Numbered from the stretch's first letter, positions 18,397 through 27,506 are shown. The stretch is 32,742 nt of DNA from an uncultured Gemmatimonadota bacterium (GCA_903906325.1 CAIVJV010000085.1:1-32742), one strand, 5' to 3'. Numbers and translations are program-made. The notes: generated from the letters alone by a model not told the origin.

Positions 18397-18836
18397 CGGG
18401 TAGGGTCGGTGGAGGAGAGCAGTGGATGACGGTAGGCGTACAAGAGGCCGAGGAGGCCGAACTGCACCAACGTGCCCGGCGAGAGCACCGGGGCCTCGCC
18501 ATGGAGGACGGCCTTCCAGAGATCGAACCCCAGGAGCGAGGGATCGAACTCGTGCTCCATCTCGTAGTTCCCCGTCACATGGAAGTAAATCCCGAGCGGA
18601 CCGGCGACGATCAGGAGCAACATCATCGCTTGGAAGATCCGCAGGGTGCGCCGATCGAAGGCCCACCAGTGCCACCCGGTCACCACCATGGTGGTCACCA
18701 GGAGCCCGAAGGGGATCAACTGCGTCCGGTCCTCGTAGTGCTCGAGGAGGACCAAATCGCCCACGAGCCCGACCGCCCCGATCATCAGGAGCACCAAGAG
18801 GCCGCGGCGCAGCAACGAGGAGGAGTCGGTGGGCAT
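18393..18836 (-). CDS. Hypothetical 4-TM membrane protein
   Basis: 147 aa with four hydrophobic segments. Motifs 'LLEHYE', 'GIYFH..GNYEME', 'APVLSPG'. Translationally coupled to the HhH gene. Confidence 0.8.
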   Translation of the reverse strand: MPTDSSSLLRRGLLVLLMIGAVGLVGDLVLLEHYEDRTQLIPFGLLVTTMVVTGWHWWAFDRRTLRIFQAMMLLLIVAGPLGIYFHVTGNYEMEHEFDPSLLGFDLWKAVLHGEAPVLSPGTLVQFGLLGLLYAYRHPLLSSTDPTR

Positions 18837-18974
18837 GAGGGGGCGGGGGAGGGGGACGGCTCGCCATCTGATGGGACGCCGCGTTAGCGTTAAACGTGCA
18901 GGGTCCTGCCTCCCGGCGCCATCGGGGGGAGCCCTGACCTCACCGACCGACGACCCCCCCTACCGGAGGCCCTG

Positions 18975-19265
18975 ATGCCCAAGCTTCCCGTACTCGCCGA
19001 TCATGAGATCGACCGCCGTCTCGCGACCCTCTCCGAGTGGATGCGCCAGGGCGATGCGATCACCCGCACCTTCCTCTTCGATGGCTTCCCTGAGGCCACG
19101 GCCTTCGTGCAGCGGCTCGTGGAGCCCGCCGAGGCGATGAACCATCATCCCGATGTGGATGTGCGGTACAACCAGGTGATCATCACGCTCTCCACGCACG
19201 ACAGCGGGGGGCTGACGGAGCACGACTTCACCTTGGCGGCGCGGATCGACGGGTTGGTCGGTTGA
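18975..19265 (+). CDS. phhB: Pterin-4a-carbinolamine dehydratase
   Basis: 'AEAMNHHPD', 'LSTHDSGGLT..DF.LA..ID'. RBS ggagg upstream. Confidence 0.93.
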   Translation: MPKLPVLADHEIDRRLATLSEWMRQGDAITRTFLFDGFPEATAFVQRLVEPAEAMNHHPDVDVRYNQVIITLSTHDSGGLTEHDFTLAARIDGLVG

Positions 19266-19286
19266 CGGGGCGCCCAGCCACCGCGC

Positions 19287-20072
19287 TCACCCCTTCTTGA
19301 CCGTCACGCTCCCATTCACGGTCGATGCCTTGAGCGTCGGCCCGCCCTTCCCCATCGTCGCGCGCATGCGGCGCCGCGAGATCGTCCCGTCCAGCGTCAC
19401 CGGATGTTCGGTGGTGACCCGTCCATTCACGGTGGAGAGGTCGAGCACCGCCCCCGTGGTCTCGGGGAGGATGATGGTGATGCTCCCATTCACCGAGCTG
19501 TAGCGCACCCCATCCCCCACCACGGCCCCCTGCGCCGTGATGGACCCATTCACCGTGGAGGCGTTGACGCGCCCCGTGAGGGACCGTGCGGTGACGCTGC
19601 CGTTCACCGTCGAGGCATCGACATCCCCGCCGATCTCGGTGAGCGTCACCGCCCCATTGACGGTCGAGGCGGTGACCTTCGCATCCGCCGGGACCTTCAC
19701 GACGAGGTCCACGGAGACGTCGGTCCCTCGGATGTGCGACCCGCCACGGTAGCCCGACGCATCACAGCGCGCGTCGGGCCCCCAGAGGGCGCAGATCACC
19801 ACGTCGCCGTTGCCGGCTCCCGCCATCCGCGCCTCGATGCGCACGGCGTCCGCCTCCCCGCGACGCACCTTCTTGGTGGCGGTGACCTCGACGGTGCGGC
19901 CGGCGCTCGGCGTCACCCGCACCGCGCCGTTCACGTTGCGCACCGACACGGTGCGCCCCGCTCCCAGGGTGCCGCTCCACTGCCAGGTGGTGGTGGATTG
20001 CGCGGTGAGTGGGAGGGCGAGCACGAGGCTCGCGGCGAGAGCGAGGAGGACGGGGTGGCGACGGGTGGCCAT
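19287..20072 (-). CDS. DUF4097 family beta-strand repeat secreted protein
   Basis: Signal peptide 'MATRRHPVLLALAASLVLALPLTAQ' and seven '(S/R)(T/S/N)VNG(S/A/R)(V/I)' repeats. Confidence 0.88.
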   Translation of the reverse strand: MATRRHPVLLALAASLVLALPLTAQSTTTWQWSGTLGAGRTVSVRNVNGAVRVTPSAGRTVEVTATKKVRRGEADAVRIEARMAGAGNGDVVICALWGPDARCDASGYRGGSHIRGTDVSVDLVVKVPADAKVTASTVNGAVTLTEIGGDVDASTVNGSVTARSLTGRVNASTVNGSITAQGAVVGDGVRYSSVNGSITIILPETTGAVLDLSTVNGRVTTEHPVTLDGTISRRRMRATMGKGGPTLKASTVNGSVTVKKG

Positions 20073-20124
20073 AATCGGTTCCGAGCGGGGAAGGAGATAC
20101 CCGACCCTACGCAGGGTCAGACCC

Positions 20125-20796
20125 TCAGGTTTCAGCGGACCCGATCGCGCGGACGACCAGGCGGACATCGCCGAACCCATGGAGCCAATGGTCGGGTGCC
20201 GTCGGCTCGAGCACCGCGCGCGTGTTCGGCCCCCAGAGCGCGGCGGCCGTCTGGACCCCCGCGGCGCGTCCGGCGTGCATGTCGTGCGTCGAATCCCCGA
20301 TGAAGACCGCATGCGCGGGGGTGGGCTCCCCGAGCGCATGCAGGGCGAAGCGCACCGGCTCGGGATCGGGCTTGTGTCGCGTGGTGGCGTCGATCCCCAC
20401 CACGACCTGGAAGCACCCCTCCACGCCGATGAGCGCGAGGGAGCGCCGCGCCCCGACCTCGAGCTTGGAGGTGACGATGCCGAGCGCATGGCCGTCGGCG
20501 TGCAGCGCGCGGATCGTCTCCACCGCCCCGGGATACGCGGTGGTCATCGCATCGTGATGCGCCCGCTGGAAGGTCCGATAGCGATCGCGGACCAGGTCCA
20601 GATCCGCCTCGTCCGCGCTCCAGGGGCGGAGGATGTCGTCGAGCGGCCGCCCGATCCCCGCGATCCACTCCGCCTCGGTGGGGCGATGCGTCCGCCCCGC
20701 GAAGGCGTGCTCCATCGAGGCGGTGAGGAGCGCGATCGAATCGACGATCGTCCCGTCCAGGTCGAAGAGGACGGTGAGCGGGCGCGTCGCGCTCAC
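20125..20796 (-). CDS. HAD-superfamily phosphatase (PpaX/Gph-like)
   Basis: 'VLFDLDGTIVDS', 'IVTSK', 'HKPDPEP', 'FIGDSTHD'. GTG 20796 forms a GTGA overlap with the symporter stop. Confidence 0.92.
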   Translation of the reverse strand: MSATRPLTVLFDLDGTIVDSIALLTASMEHAFAGRTHRPTEAEWIAGIGRPLDDILRPWSADEADLDLVRDRYRTFQRAHHDAMTTAYPGAVETIRALHADGHALGIVTSKLEVGARRSLALIGVEGCFQVVVGIDATTRHKPDPEPVRFALHALGEPTPAHAVFIGDSTHDMHAGRAAGVQTAAALWGPNTRAVLEPTAPDHWLHGFGDVRLVVRAIGSAET

Positions 20797-22050
20797 GAGG
20801 TCGGCGCGGCCGATGTCTCCCCGCGCGCGAGGATCACCGCGGCGGTCATATGCCCCGTCACATTCGTCGTCGTGCGGAACATGTCGGGGATCGTGTCGGC
20901 GCCGAGGAGGATCCCGATCCCCTCCACCGGGATGCCGGCCGCCATCAGCACGGGGACCATCACGAGGATCGAGCCGCCGGGGATCCCCGGCACGGAGAAC
21001 GAGGTCACCACCGAGGTGAGGGCGATGGTCAGGAGCTGCGCGGCGCCGAGATCCACCCCGTAGAGCCGGGCGATGAAGAGCACCCCGACGGTCTGTCCGA
21101 TCCCCGCGCCGGCGCGGAACATCGTCGCCGCGAGCGGGATCAGGACGTTCCCGATCGTTGGCGGGAGGCGGAGCCGGTCGCGCACGGCCTCGAGCATCGC
21201 CGGCAAGGCCGCGAGGGAGGAACGCGAGCTGAAGGCGATCGTCTGCGCGGGGAGTGCGGCGCGCGCGAAGTCGCGGAGGGTGGTGCGCCCGAGCACGACC
21301 GCCGCCGGGTAGAGCACGCCGCCCATGAAGCCCACGCAGATCGCGGAGACGACCCCGATATAGCCGGCGAGGGCGGCGAGGGCGCTCACCCCCAACTTCG
21401 CCGCGAGGCCGACCGTCAGGGCGAAGACCCCGAGCGGGGCGAGCCGCAGGATCGCGCGCACCAGGATGAGCGACGCCTCCATCACCCCATCGAGCACGCG
21501 GATCACGGGGGTCCTCCGCTCGAGGGGGACCTGGAGCAGCGCGATCGCGAAGGCCACCGAGGCGAGGATCAACGGGAGCATCGCGCCGTCGGCGGCGGCC
21601 TTGATCGGATTGGGCGGCACCAACGCCACCACCCACTCAGCCAGGCTCGGCACCGCCTTCGCGCCCTCGGCGGCCTGCGCCCCGGCGCTCGCGGCACTCG
21701 CCTGCATCGCCGCCACCGCCGCCGGGTCGAGGGGGAGCTGCCCGAGCAGGGGGATACCCGACGAGCACGCCCACGCCGGAGGCCGCGGCGAGCACCCCCA
21801 CGAAGAGGAGGATCGCCCGCGCCCCGATCCGCCCGACCGTCCTGGGGTCGGGCGCGGCGGTGACCCCGACGATCAGACTCGAGACGACGAGGGGGATCAC
21901 CGTCATCCGGATCGCATTGATGAAGAGGGCCCCGACGGGATCGAGCCCGCGGAGGAGCGCCGCACCGGCGCCGGTCTCCGCCCCGGCGAGGGGGAGGCCG
22001 AGGGCGAAGCCGGCCGCGAGGGCGAGCAGGACTTGAGCGGTGAGCGACAT
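20793..22050 (-). CDS. Dicarboxylate/amino acid:cation symporter (DAACS), apparent frameshift near 21750
   Basis: The N-part ('MSLTAQVLLAL...LFINAIRMTVIPLVVSSLIVG') and the C-part ('PPNPI', 'LAPLGVFAL', 'AFSSRSSLAALP', 'DTIPDMFRTTTNVTG') are in different frames. Removing one G from 21749-21753 joins them. Confidence 0.85.
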
Positions 22051-22132
22051 CCCCAGAAAGATGGCGTCTCGGGCGCGCCTCGGATACATATCGGGGATGC
22101 CGTTCCGACCCCCTTTCGCCCTGCCTCAGGCC

Positions 22133-23899
22133 ATGCGCGCACTCGTCGCCCTCTCCGCCCTCCTCCTCGCCTCCGCCCCCCTCGTCGCGCAGCAGGCCCC
22201 GGCCCAGCCGGCCGGCCCGCGCGCCAGCACCACCGACCCCCGCGCCTCACTCCGGGGGGGCTACCTCGATGCCGGCGTCGCGATCCGGAACATGGAGCTC
22301 GTCTCCACCACGCCGCGCTCCGCCACCTTCACCAACCCGGCGAACCTCGGCGACTTCGGCTTCGTCAACGCCGACCTCGCCTTCCATAAGACCTACGTCT
22401 TCCAGGGCGGCTACTACGGCGTCCAGATCTGGGACGTCGCGAACCCCAAGGCGCCGACGCTCGTGGCCGCGATGGCCTGCCCGGGCGGGCAGGGCGACGT
22501 CTCGGTGCATGGCACCCTCATGTTCATGTCGGTCGAGGAGACCCGCGGGCGCGTCGATTGTGGCACCCAGGGCGTGCGTGACTCGGTGAGCTCGGAGCGC
22601 TTCCGCGGCGTGCGCATCTTCGACATCAGCGACATCACCAAGCCGGTGCAGGTCGCAGCGGTGCAGACCTGCCGTGGCTCGCACACGCACACGCTCCTCG
22701 TGAGCCCGCGCGACAAGCAGAACGTCTATGTGTACGTCTCCGGCACGAGCCCGTCGCGGTCGCCCTCCGAACTGGCGGGCTGCGATCCCCGCGAGACCTC
22801 GGCGACCTCGTCGTACTTCCGGATCGACGTCATCAAGGTCCCGCTCGCGAATCCCGCACAGGCCAAGATCGTGAACTCGCCGCGCGTCTTCGCCGATGCG
22901 GCGGGGAACATGGCGGGGCTCTGGAAGGGCGGGAAGCTCGCCGCCGATGCGCAGGAGACGGCCGAGACCGATCAGTGCCACGACATCACGGTCTACGCGG
23001 AGCTCGATCTCGCCGCGGGGGCCTGCTCGGGGAACGGCATCCTCCTCGACATCAAGGATCCCGCGAACCCGAAGCGCATCGCCGAGGTGAGCGATCCCAA
23101 CTTCGCCTACTGGCACTCGGCGACCTTCAACAATGACGGGTCGACGGTGCTCTTCACCGACGAGTGGGGGGGCGGGGTCTCGCCGCGGTGCCGCGCGACC
23201 GACAACCTGCTCTGGGGCGGCAACGCGTACTATCGACTCGATCGCAAGACCAAGCAGCTCACCCCCGCGGGGTACTTCAAGCTCCCGGCGGCCCAGGGGG
23301 CGCTGGAGAACTGCGTCGCGCACAACGGCTCGCTCATCCCCGTCCCAGGCCGCGACCTCTTCGTCCAGTCGTGGTACCAGGGTGGGATCTCGGTGACCGA
23401 CTTCACCGATCCGGACCGGGTCCGCGAGATCGCGTACTTCGACCGCGGTCCGCTCAATGGGGAGCGGCTGGTCCTCTCGGGGCAGTGGTCCGCCTACTGG
23501 CACAATGGGCGCATCTACGGCTCGGAGATCGCGCGCGGGCTCGACATCCTCGAGCTCACGCCGAGCGGGGAACTGACGCAGAACGAGATCGACGCGGCGA
23601 AGCTCGCGCGCGTGGAGACGTTCAACCCGCAGGATCAGCGGAAGGTGAGCTGGCCGGCGGCGTTCCCCGTCGCGAAGGCGTATGTGGACCAACTCACGCG
23701 GTGGGGCGGGTTGCCGGCGGCGCGGCTCGAGACGGTCACCAAGCAGCTGGCGGAGGCCGAGGCGGCCTCGGGGGCGGCGCGTCGCACCGCGCTGACCACG
23801 CTCGCCAAGGCGCTCGAGCAGGATGCGCGCACCGCCACCGATGCGACGCGCGTGAAGGCGCTCGCCGAGGTCGTCGCACAGCTCGCGGCGTCGCGCTGA
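22133..23899 (+). CDS. Secreted LVIVD-repeat / beta-propeller-like protein
   Basis: Signal peptide 'MRALVALSALLLASAPLVA-QQ'. Motifs 'NADLAF', 'CPGGQGDVSV', 'CRGSHTHT', 'CHDITV', 'YWHSATF', 'DEWGGG', 'CVAHN'. Start may instead be 22097. Confidence 0.8.
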   Translation: MRALVALSALLLASAPLVAQQAPAQPAGPRASTTDPRASLRGGYLDAGVAIRNMELVSTTPRSATFTNPANLGDFGFVNADLAFHKTYVFQGGYYGVQIWDVANPKAPTLVAAMACPGGQGDVSVHGTLMFMSVEETRGRVDCGTQGVRDSVSSERFRGVRIFDISDITKPVQVAAVQTCRGSHTHTLLVSPRDKQNVYVYVSGTSPSRSPSELAGCDPRETSATSSYFRIDVIKVPLANPAQAKIVNSPRVFADAAGNMAGLWKGGKLAADAQETAETDQCHDITVYAELDLAAGACSGNGILLDIKDPANPKRIAEVSDPNFAYWHSATFNNDGSTVLFTDEWGGGVSPRCRATDNLLWGGNAYYRLDRKTKQLTPAGYFKLPAAQGALENCVAHNGSLIPVPGRDLFVQSWYQGGISVTDFTDPDRVREIAYFDRGPLNGERLVLSGQWSAYWHNGRIYGSEIARGLDILELTPSGELTQNEIDAAKLARVETFNPQDQRKVSWPAAFPVAKAYVDQLTRWGGLPAARLETVTKQLAEAEAASGAARRTALTTLAKALEQDARTATDATRVKALAEVVAQLAASR

Positions 23900-23927
23900 C
23901 CCCGACGATTCCCCTCTCACGGAGCGC

Positions 23928-24296
23928 GTGACGATGACGATCAAGTCCGGAGCCCAGATGATCGCGGAGGCGAAGACCCGCATCCGCGAGGTGAGCGTGC
24001 CGCAGGTGCAGCAGCTGATCGCCGGGGCCGATGCCCCGGTGGTGCTCGACTGCCGCGAGCCGAATGAGACGAACCTCGGGCGGATCCCCGGCGCGGTGGT
24101 GATCCCGCGCGGGACGCTCGAGACCAAGATCGAGGCGGTCGTGCCGCGGGAGCGGGCGCTCATCATCTACTGCGCCGGTGGGAACCGCTCGGCGCTCGCC
24201 GCCGACACCCTCCAGCAGATGGGCTACACCAACGTCGCCTCGATGGCCGGTGGGTGGGGCGCGTGGGTGGCCGCGGGCGGCGCGGTCGAAGGGTGA
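23928..24296 (+). CDS. Single-domain rhodanese-like sulfurtransferase
   Basis: 'LDCREPNE...GRIPGA', active loop 'YCAGGNRS', 'MAGGWGAW'. Confidence 0.92.
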   Translation: MTMTIKSGAQMIAEAKTRIREVSVPQVQQLIAGADAPVVLDCREPNETNLGRIPGAVVIPRGTLETKIEAVVPRERALIIYCAGGNRSALAADTLQQMGYTNVASMAGGWGAWVAAGGAVEG

Positions 24297-24297
24297 G

Positions 24298-24897
24298 ATG
24301 ACCGGGGCGACGACGCATCCCTTCGTCGCCCGCGTGTCGCGTGCGCTCGAGGCGCGCGAGGCCCGGCGCGCCGAGCGAGATGCCCCCGTGCGTGAGGCCG
24401 CGGTCACGGTGCTCCTCCGCCCCGCGTGCGAGGCCGGGGCCGAGGTCCTGCTCATCCGGCGGGCCCAGCGCGAGGGCGATCCCTGGAGTGGACAGATCGG
24501 CTTGCCGGGCGGGCGGATCGACCCGAGCGATCCCTCGCTCGAGGCGACCGCCATCCGCGAGATGCACGAGGAGGTCGGCATCGACCTCGCGCGCGCCGGC
24601 GAGATCCTCGGGGAGCTCGATGAGCTCCGGCCGCGCACCCCACATCTGCCGCCGATCATCGTGCGTCCCTACGTCGCCGCCCTGCATGAGCCGATCGCCC
24701 TGCGATTGAACCCGGAGGTCGCGGAGGCGCGGTGGGTCTCGCTCGAGGCCCTCTTCGCCCCGACCGCACGGGTCCGCACCACCGTCACCGTCCGCGGGGT
24801 GACCCTCCCCGTCGAGGCGGTGCAACATGAGACGTTCGTGGTCTGGGGGATGACCGAACGGATCCTCACCGGCTTCGCCGCGGTGATCGGCCGATGA
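24298..24897 (+). CDS. Nudix hydrolase, CoA pyrophosphatase (NudL-like)
   Basis: 'AAV.VLL', 'WSGQIGLPGG', Nudix box 'GGRIDPSDPSLEATAIREMHEEVG', 'NPEVAE', 'VWGMTERIL'. ATG is 1 bp after the rhodanese stop. Confidence 0.9.
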   Translation: MTGATTHPFVARVSRALEAREARRAERDAPVREAAVTVLLRPACEAGAEVLLIRRAQREGDPWSGQIGLPGGRIDPSDPSLEATAIREMHEEVGIDLARAGEILGELDELRPRTPHLPPIIVRPYVAALHEPIALRLNPEVAEARWVSLEALFAPTARVRTTVTVRGVTLPVEAVQHETFVVWGMTERILTGFAAVIGR

Positions 24898-25538
24898 CGT
24901 CATCCTCGAACGCCGGGATGCCGCTCCTCGCACATCGCGTCGAGTCGCGCGAGCTCTGGCGCGCGCTCGGCCTCACGCTGGTGCTCTTCGCCGTGGCGTG
25001 GGTGGTGGACCGGGAGGTGTATCAGCGGGTCTCCCTGCCGACGGTCTACGACACGGATTGGGGACGGTTGCTCCGCATCATGGGGTTCCTCCCGACGTGG
25101 ATCGCCCTCGCGGTGGGGATCGCCTTGGCCGAGGGGGAGGATCCGGCGCGGCGCGCGCGGGCCCGGCATCGCGGGTGGCTCCTCTTCTGGGGGGCGGCGG
25201 GATCGGGGATCGCAGCGGAGCTGCTCAAGCTCACGTTGCGTCGCGAGCGTCCAGGGCCGCACGACGGACTCCATGTCTTCCGTGACCTTGCGGAGCGCAC
25301 CTTCAGTTCGGCGGGGCTCGCGCTTCCGAGTTCGCATACCATGGTCGCCTTCGGCGGCGCGGCGATGCTCGCGCGGCTCTATCCCCGGGCGCGCTGGGTG
25401 GGGTACGCCCTCGCCGCCGGCTGCGGGATCAGTCGCGTGCTCCATCGCGCGCATTTCCTGAGCGATGTGGTCCTCGCCGCGGGGATGGGCTGGCTCGTGG
25501 CCGCCCTGCTCGCGCGGCGGTGGGGGAGGGCGGCGTGA
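24894..25538 (+). CDS. PAP2-family membrane phosphatase
   Basis: C1 'KLTLRRERP', C2 'PSSH', C3 'SRVLHRAHFLSDV'. ATGA overlap with the Nudix gene. Confidence 0.92.
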   Translation: MTSSSNAGMPLLAHRVESRELWRALGLTLVLFAVAWVVDREVYQRVSLPTVYDTDWGRLLRIMGFLPTWIALAVGIALAEGEDPARRARARHRGWLLFWGAAGSGIAAELLKLTLRRERPGPHDGLHVFRDLAERTFSSAGLALPSSHTMVAFGGAAMLARLYPRARWVGYALAAGCGISRVLHRAHFLSDVVLAAGMGWLVAALLARRWGRAA

Positions 25539-25957
25539 CGGCGCTGACGCGGCAGGCCGAGGACTACCTCAAGGCGATCTATGCGCTCGAGCTCGGCGGG
25601 ACGCCCGCCGGGACCAACGACATCGCGACGCGACTCGGCGTCGCGGCGCCCAGCGTCAGCGGGATGCTCCGGCGGATGTCGCGCGCGGGGCTGGTGAGCG
25701 TGGAGCGCTACAAGGGGGCGCGGCTCACCGCGGCGGGGCGCCGCGCGGCGCTCGCGTTGGTGCGGCGGCATCGGGTGCTCGAGACCTACCTCGTGCGCCG
25801 GTTGGGATTTCGCGGGGAGGCGGTCCATGCGGAGGCGGAGCGGCTCGAGCATGCGGCGAGCGACGCCCTGATCGATCGCATGGCCGCGGCGCTGGGGGAT
25901 CCCGCCCACGACCCACACGGGGCGCCGATCCCCAAGGCGCGACGCGGGAACCGCTGA
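25535..25957 (+). CDS. DtxR/MntR family metal-dependent transcriptional regulator (no C-terminal FeoA/SH3 domain)
   Basis: 'EDYLKAIY', wHTH, 'RRHRVLETYL', 'VHAEAERLEH', 'DPHGAPIP'. GTGA overlap with the PAP2 gene and RBS ggaggg. Confidence 0.92.
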   Translation: MTALTRQAEDYLKAIYALELGGTPAGTNDIATRLGVAAPSVSGMLRRMSRAGLVSVERYKGARLTAAGRRAALALVRRHRVLETYLVRRLGFRGEAVHAEAERLEHAASDALIDRMAAALGDPAHDPHGAPIPKARRGNR

Positions 25958-26026
25958 CCGACCTCCGGCATTCGTGACGGATAGCCGTCCTGGCTCACCG
26001 TCACCCTCTGCTGGAGCTTGACCGTC

Positions 26027-26593
26027 ATGAAGCGTTGGATGCTCGCCCTCGTCGCGATCCCGGCCCTGACCGCCGCCGCGGTGATCCCCCCCAAGACCTA
26101 TGTGCGCGACCAGGCGCACTCGCAGCTCAACTTCGTCGCCGAGTCGCGCATGCTCGACGCGCACGGCACGTTCGATAAGTGGGAGGCCGACATCTCCCTC
26201 GATCCCGCGAACTGGGGCGCCTCCTCGGTGGTGATCACGATCGACACCCGCACCATCAACACCCGCATCGAGCGGCGGGACGCGCACCTCAAGAGCAACG
26301 ACTTCTTCGCCGCCGATTCGTTCCCGACCGCGACCTTCAAGTCGGCGATCGTGAACAAGGTGGGCGAGGATCGCCTCAATATCACCGGCGACCTCACCAT
26401 CCGGGGGAAGACCAAGCGGGTCACCCTGCCGACCCGCCTCGTCTTCTTCGATGCCGCGCGCAGCGTGGGCCGCGTGAAGGGCGAGACGGTGATCAACCGC
26501 AAGGACTTCGGGATCGCCTTCGATTCCAACCTGAATCCGATCAGCGACGAGGTGAAGATCCAGTTCGACGTCGCGTTCACCGAGAAGAAGTAG
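26027..26593 (+). CDS. YceI family lipid/polyisoprenoid-binding periplasmic protein
   Basis: Signal peptide, 'HSQLNF', 'INTRIERRDAHLKSNDFF', 'FPTATF', 'GDLTIRGKTK', 'INRKDFG'. Confidence 0.93.
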   Translation: MKRWMLALVAIPALTAAAVIPPKTYVRDQAHSQLNFVAESRMLDAHGTFDKWEADISLDPANWGASSVVITIDTRTINTRIERRDAHLKSNDFFAADSFPTATFKSAIVNKVGEDRLNITGDLTIRGKTKRVTLPTRLVFFDAARSVGRVKGETVINRKDFGIAFDSNLNPISDEVKIQFDVAFTEKK

Positions 26594-26612
26594 CGCCGGT
26601 CGCCGAGCGGCC

Positions 26613-27506
26613 GTGCGCATCCCCCCCAAGCGCATGATGGTCCGATGGTGGTGCACCCTGACCGGGGCCGTGATCCTCACGGCCCCGGTCGCGCACGTCC
26701 AGGCCCAGCCCGCGCGTCGCACCATCGCGATCGACGAGCGCCTCGCGACCGCCGCCGGCCTCGCGGTCGGTGATTCGGTCCGCCTCGCCCCGACCGCGAG
26801 CGCGCCGACGGGGGCGTGGGTCGGGATCGGGGCGATCACCCGCCGCAGTGCCGACCCCAGCGAGATCGCGCGGAGCGACTACCGGGTGCGGGTGCATCTC
26901 GATCAGTTGCAGGGTCTCACCGGGCTCGGTGACCGGATCGGGCGGTTCGCGGTGATGACGCGGGATGGCGCGGCGGGGGCGCGCGTGAGGGACAGGGTCG
27001 CCACGCCTGATTCCGTCAGCGCCGCCATCAACACCATGGCCTTCGGTTTCCGCGCCTACCCCGCCGCCGCGGTCGCGGTCGAGACCTCGGCGACCTTCCG
27101 TGTGGTGAACCGCTTCCATCGCGCCATCGGGATCATCACGATCGTCGCGAGTGCCATCTTCCTCCTTTGCATCACCCTGCTCAAGGTGGATGAGCGGCGG
27201 CGCGAGGTCGGCGCGCTCCGGTTGATCGGCCTCTCGCGCACGACGGTCGTGCGCTCGGTGATGCTCGAGGCCTCGCTGATCGCTCTCCTCGGGAGCGCGC
27301 TCGGCGCTGGGTTCGGGGCCGCCGCCTCGGCGATCGTGAACTGGTACTACCAAGGGGTCTACGCCACCCCGCTCCGATTCGCCCTCGTCACTCCAGGAAT
27401 CCTCGCGATCGCCATCGGCCTCTCGGTGGTGCTGGGGATCGTGAGTGGCTACCTCGCCGCGCAGCGGCTCGTGCGCACCGCGCCGCTGGAGCTCGTGGGC
27501 CGATGA
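26613..27506 (+). CDS. FtsX/MacB-type ABC permease, C-terminal half only, with an N-terminal signal peptide
   Basis: 'ERRREVGALRLIG', 'VMLEA' and three C-terminal TMs. Lacks the usual amphipathic helix and TM1. The N-terminus ends 'VAHVQA-Q'. Start is GTG 26613 or ATG 26634. Confidence 0.85.
   Translation: MRIPPKRMMVRWWCTLTGAVILTAPVAHVQAQPARRTIAIDERLATAAGLAVGDSVRLAPTASAPTGAWVGIGAITRRSADPSEIARSDYRVRVHLDQLQGLTGLGDRIGRFAVMTRDGAAGARVRDRVATPDSVSAAINTMAFGFRAYPAAAVAVETSATFRVVNRFHRAIGIITIVASAIFLLCITLLKVDERRREVGALRLIGLSRTTVVRSVMLEASLIALLGSALGAGFGAAASAIVNWYYQGVYATPLRFALVTPGILAIAIGLSVVLGIVSGYLAAQRLVRTAPLELVGR

Noticed and set aside
18837-18974. Divergent intergenic region with a CCATC-T-GATGG palindrome (18864-18874), G-tracts (18839-18855) and a loose hairpin (18899-18936) before the pterin dehydratase, considered as a riboswitch, operator or G-quadruplex
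   Set aside because: The pairing is short and imperfect, as expected by chance at this GC content, and I recognise no riboswitch consensus. An Rfam/Infernal scan would settle it.
19297-19945. Recurring 'ccattcac/cgttcac' motifs resembling a repeat array
   Set aside because: They encode the VNG beta-strand repeats of the DUF4097 protein. They are too short and degenerate for CRISPR, and no cas genes are present.
1197-24166. Many long antisense or alternate-frame ORFs (e.g. 1582-2955, 7924-9579, 15566-17425, 22247-24166)
   Set aside because: These are shadow ORFs expected in high-GC DNA. They are Arg/Gly/Pro-rich, have no family motifs, and overlap well-supported genes.
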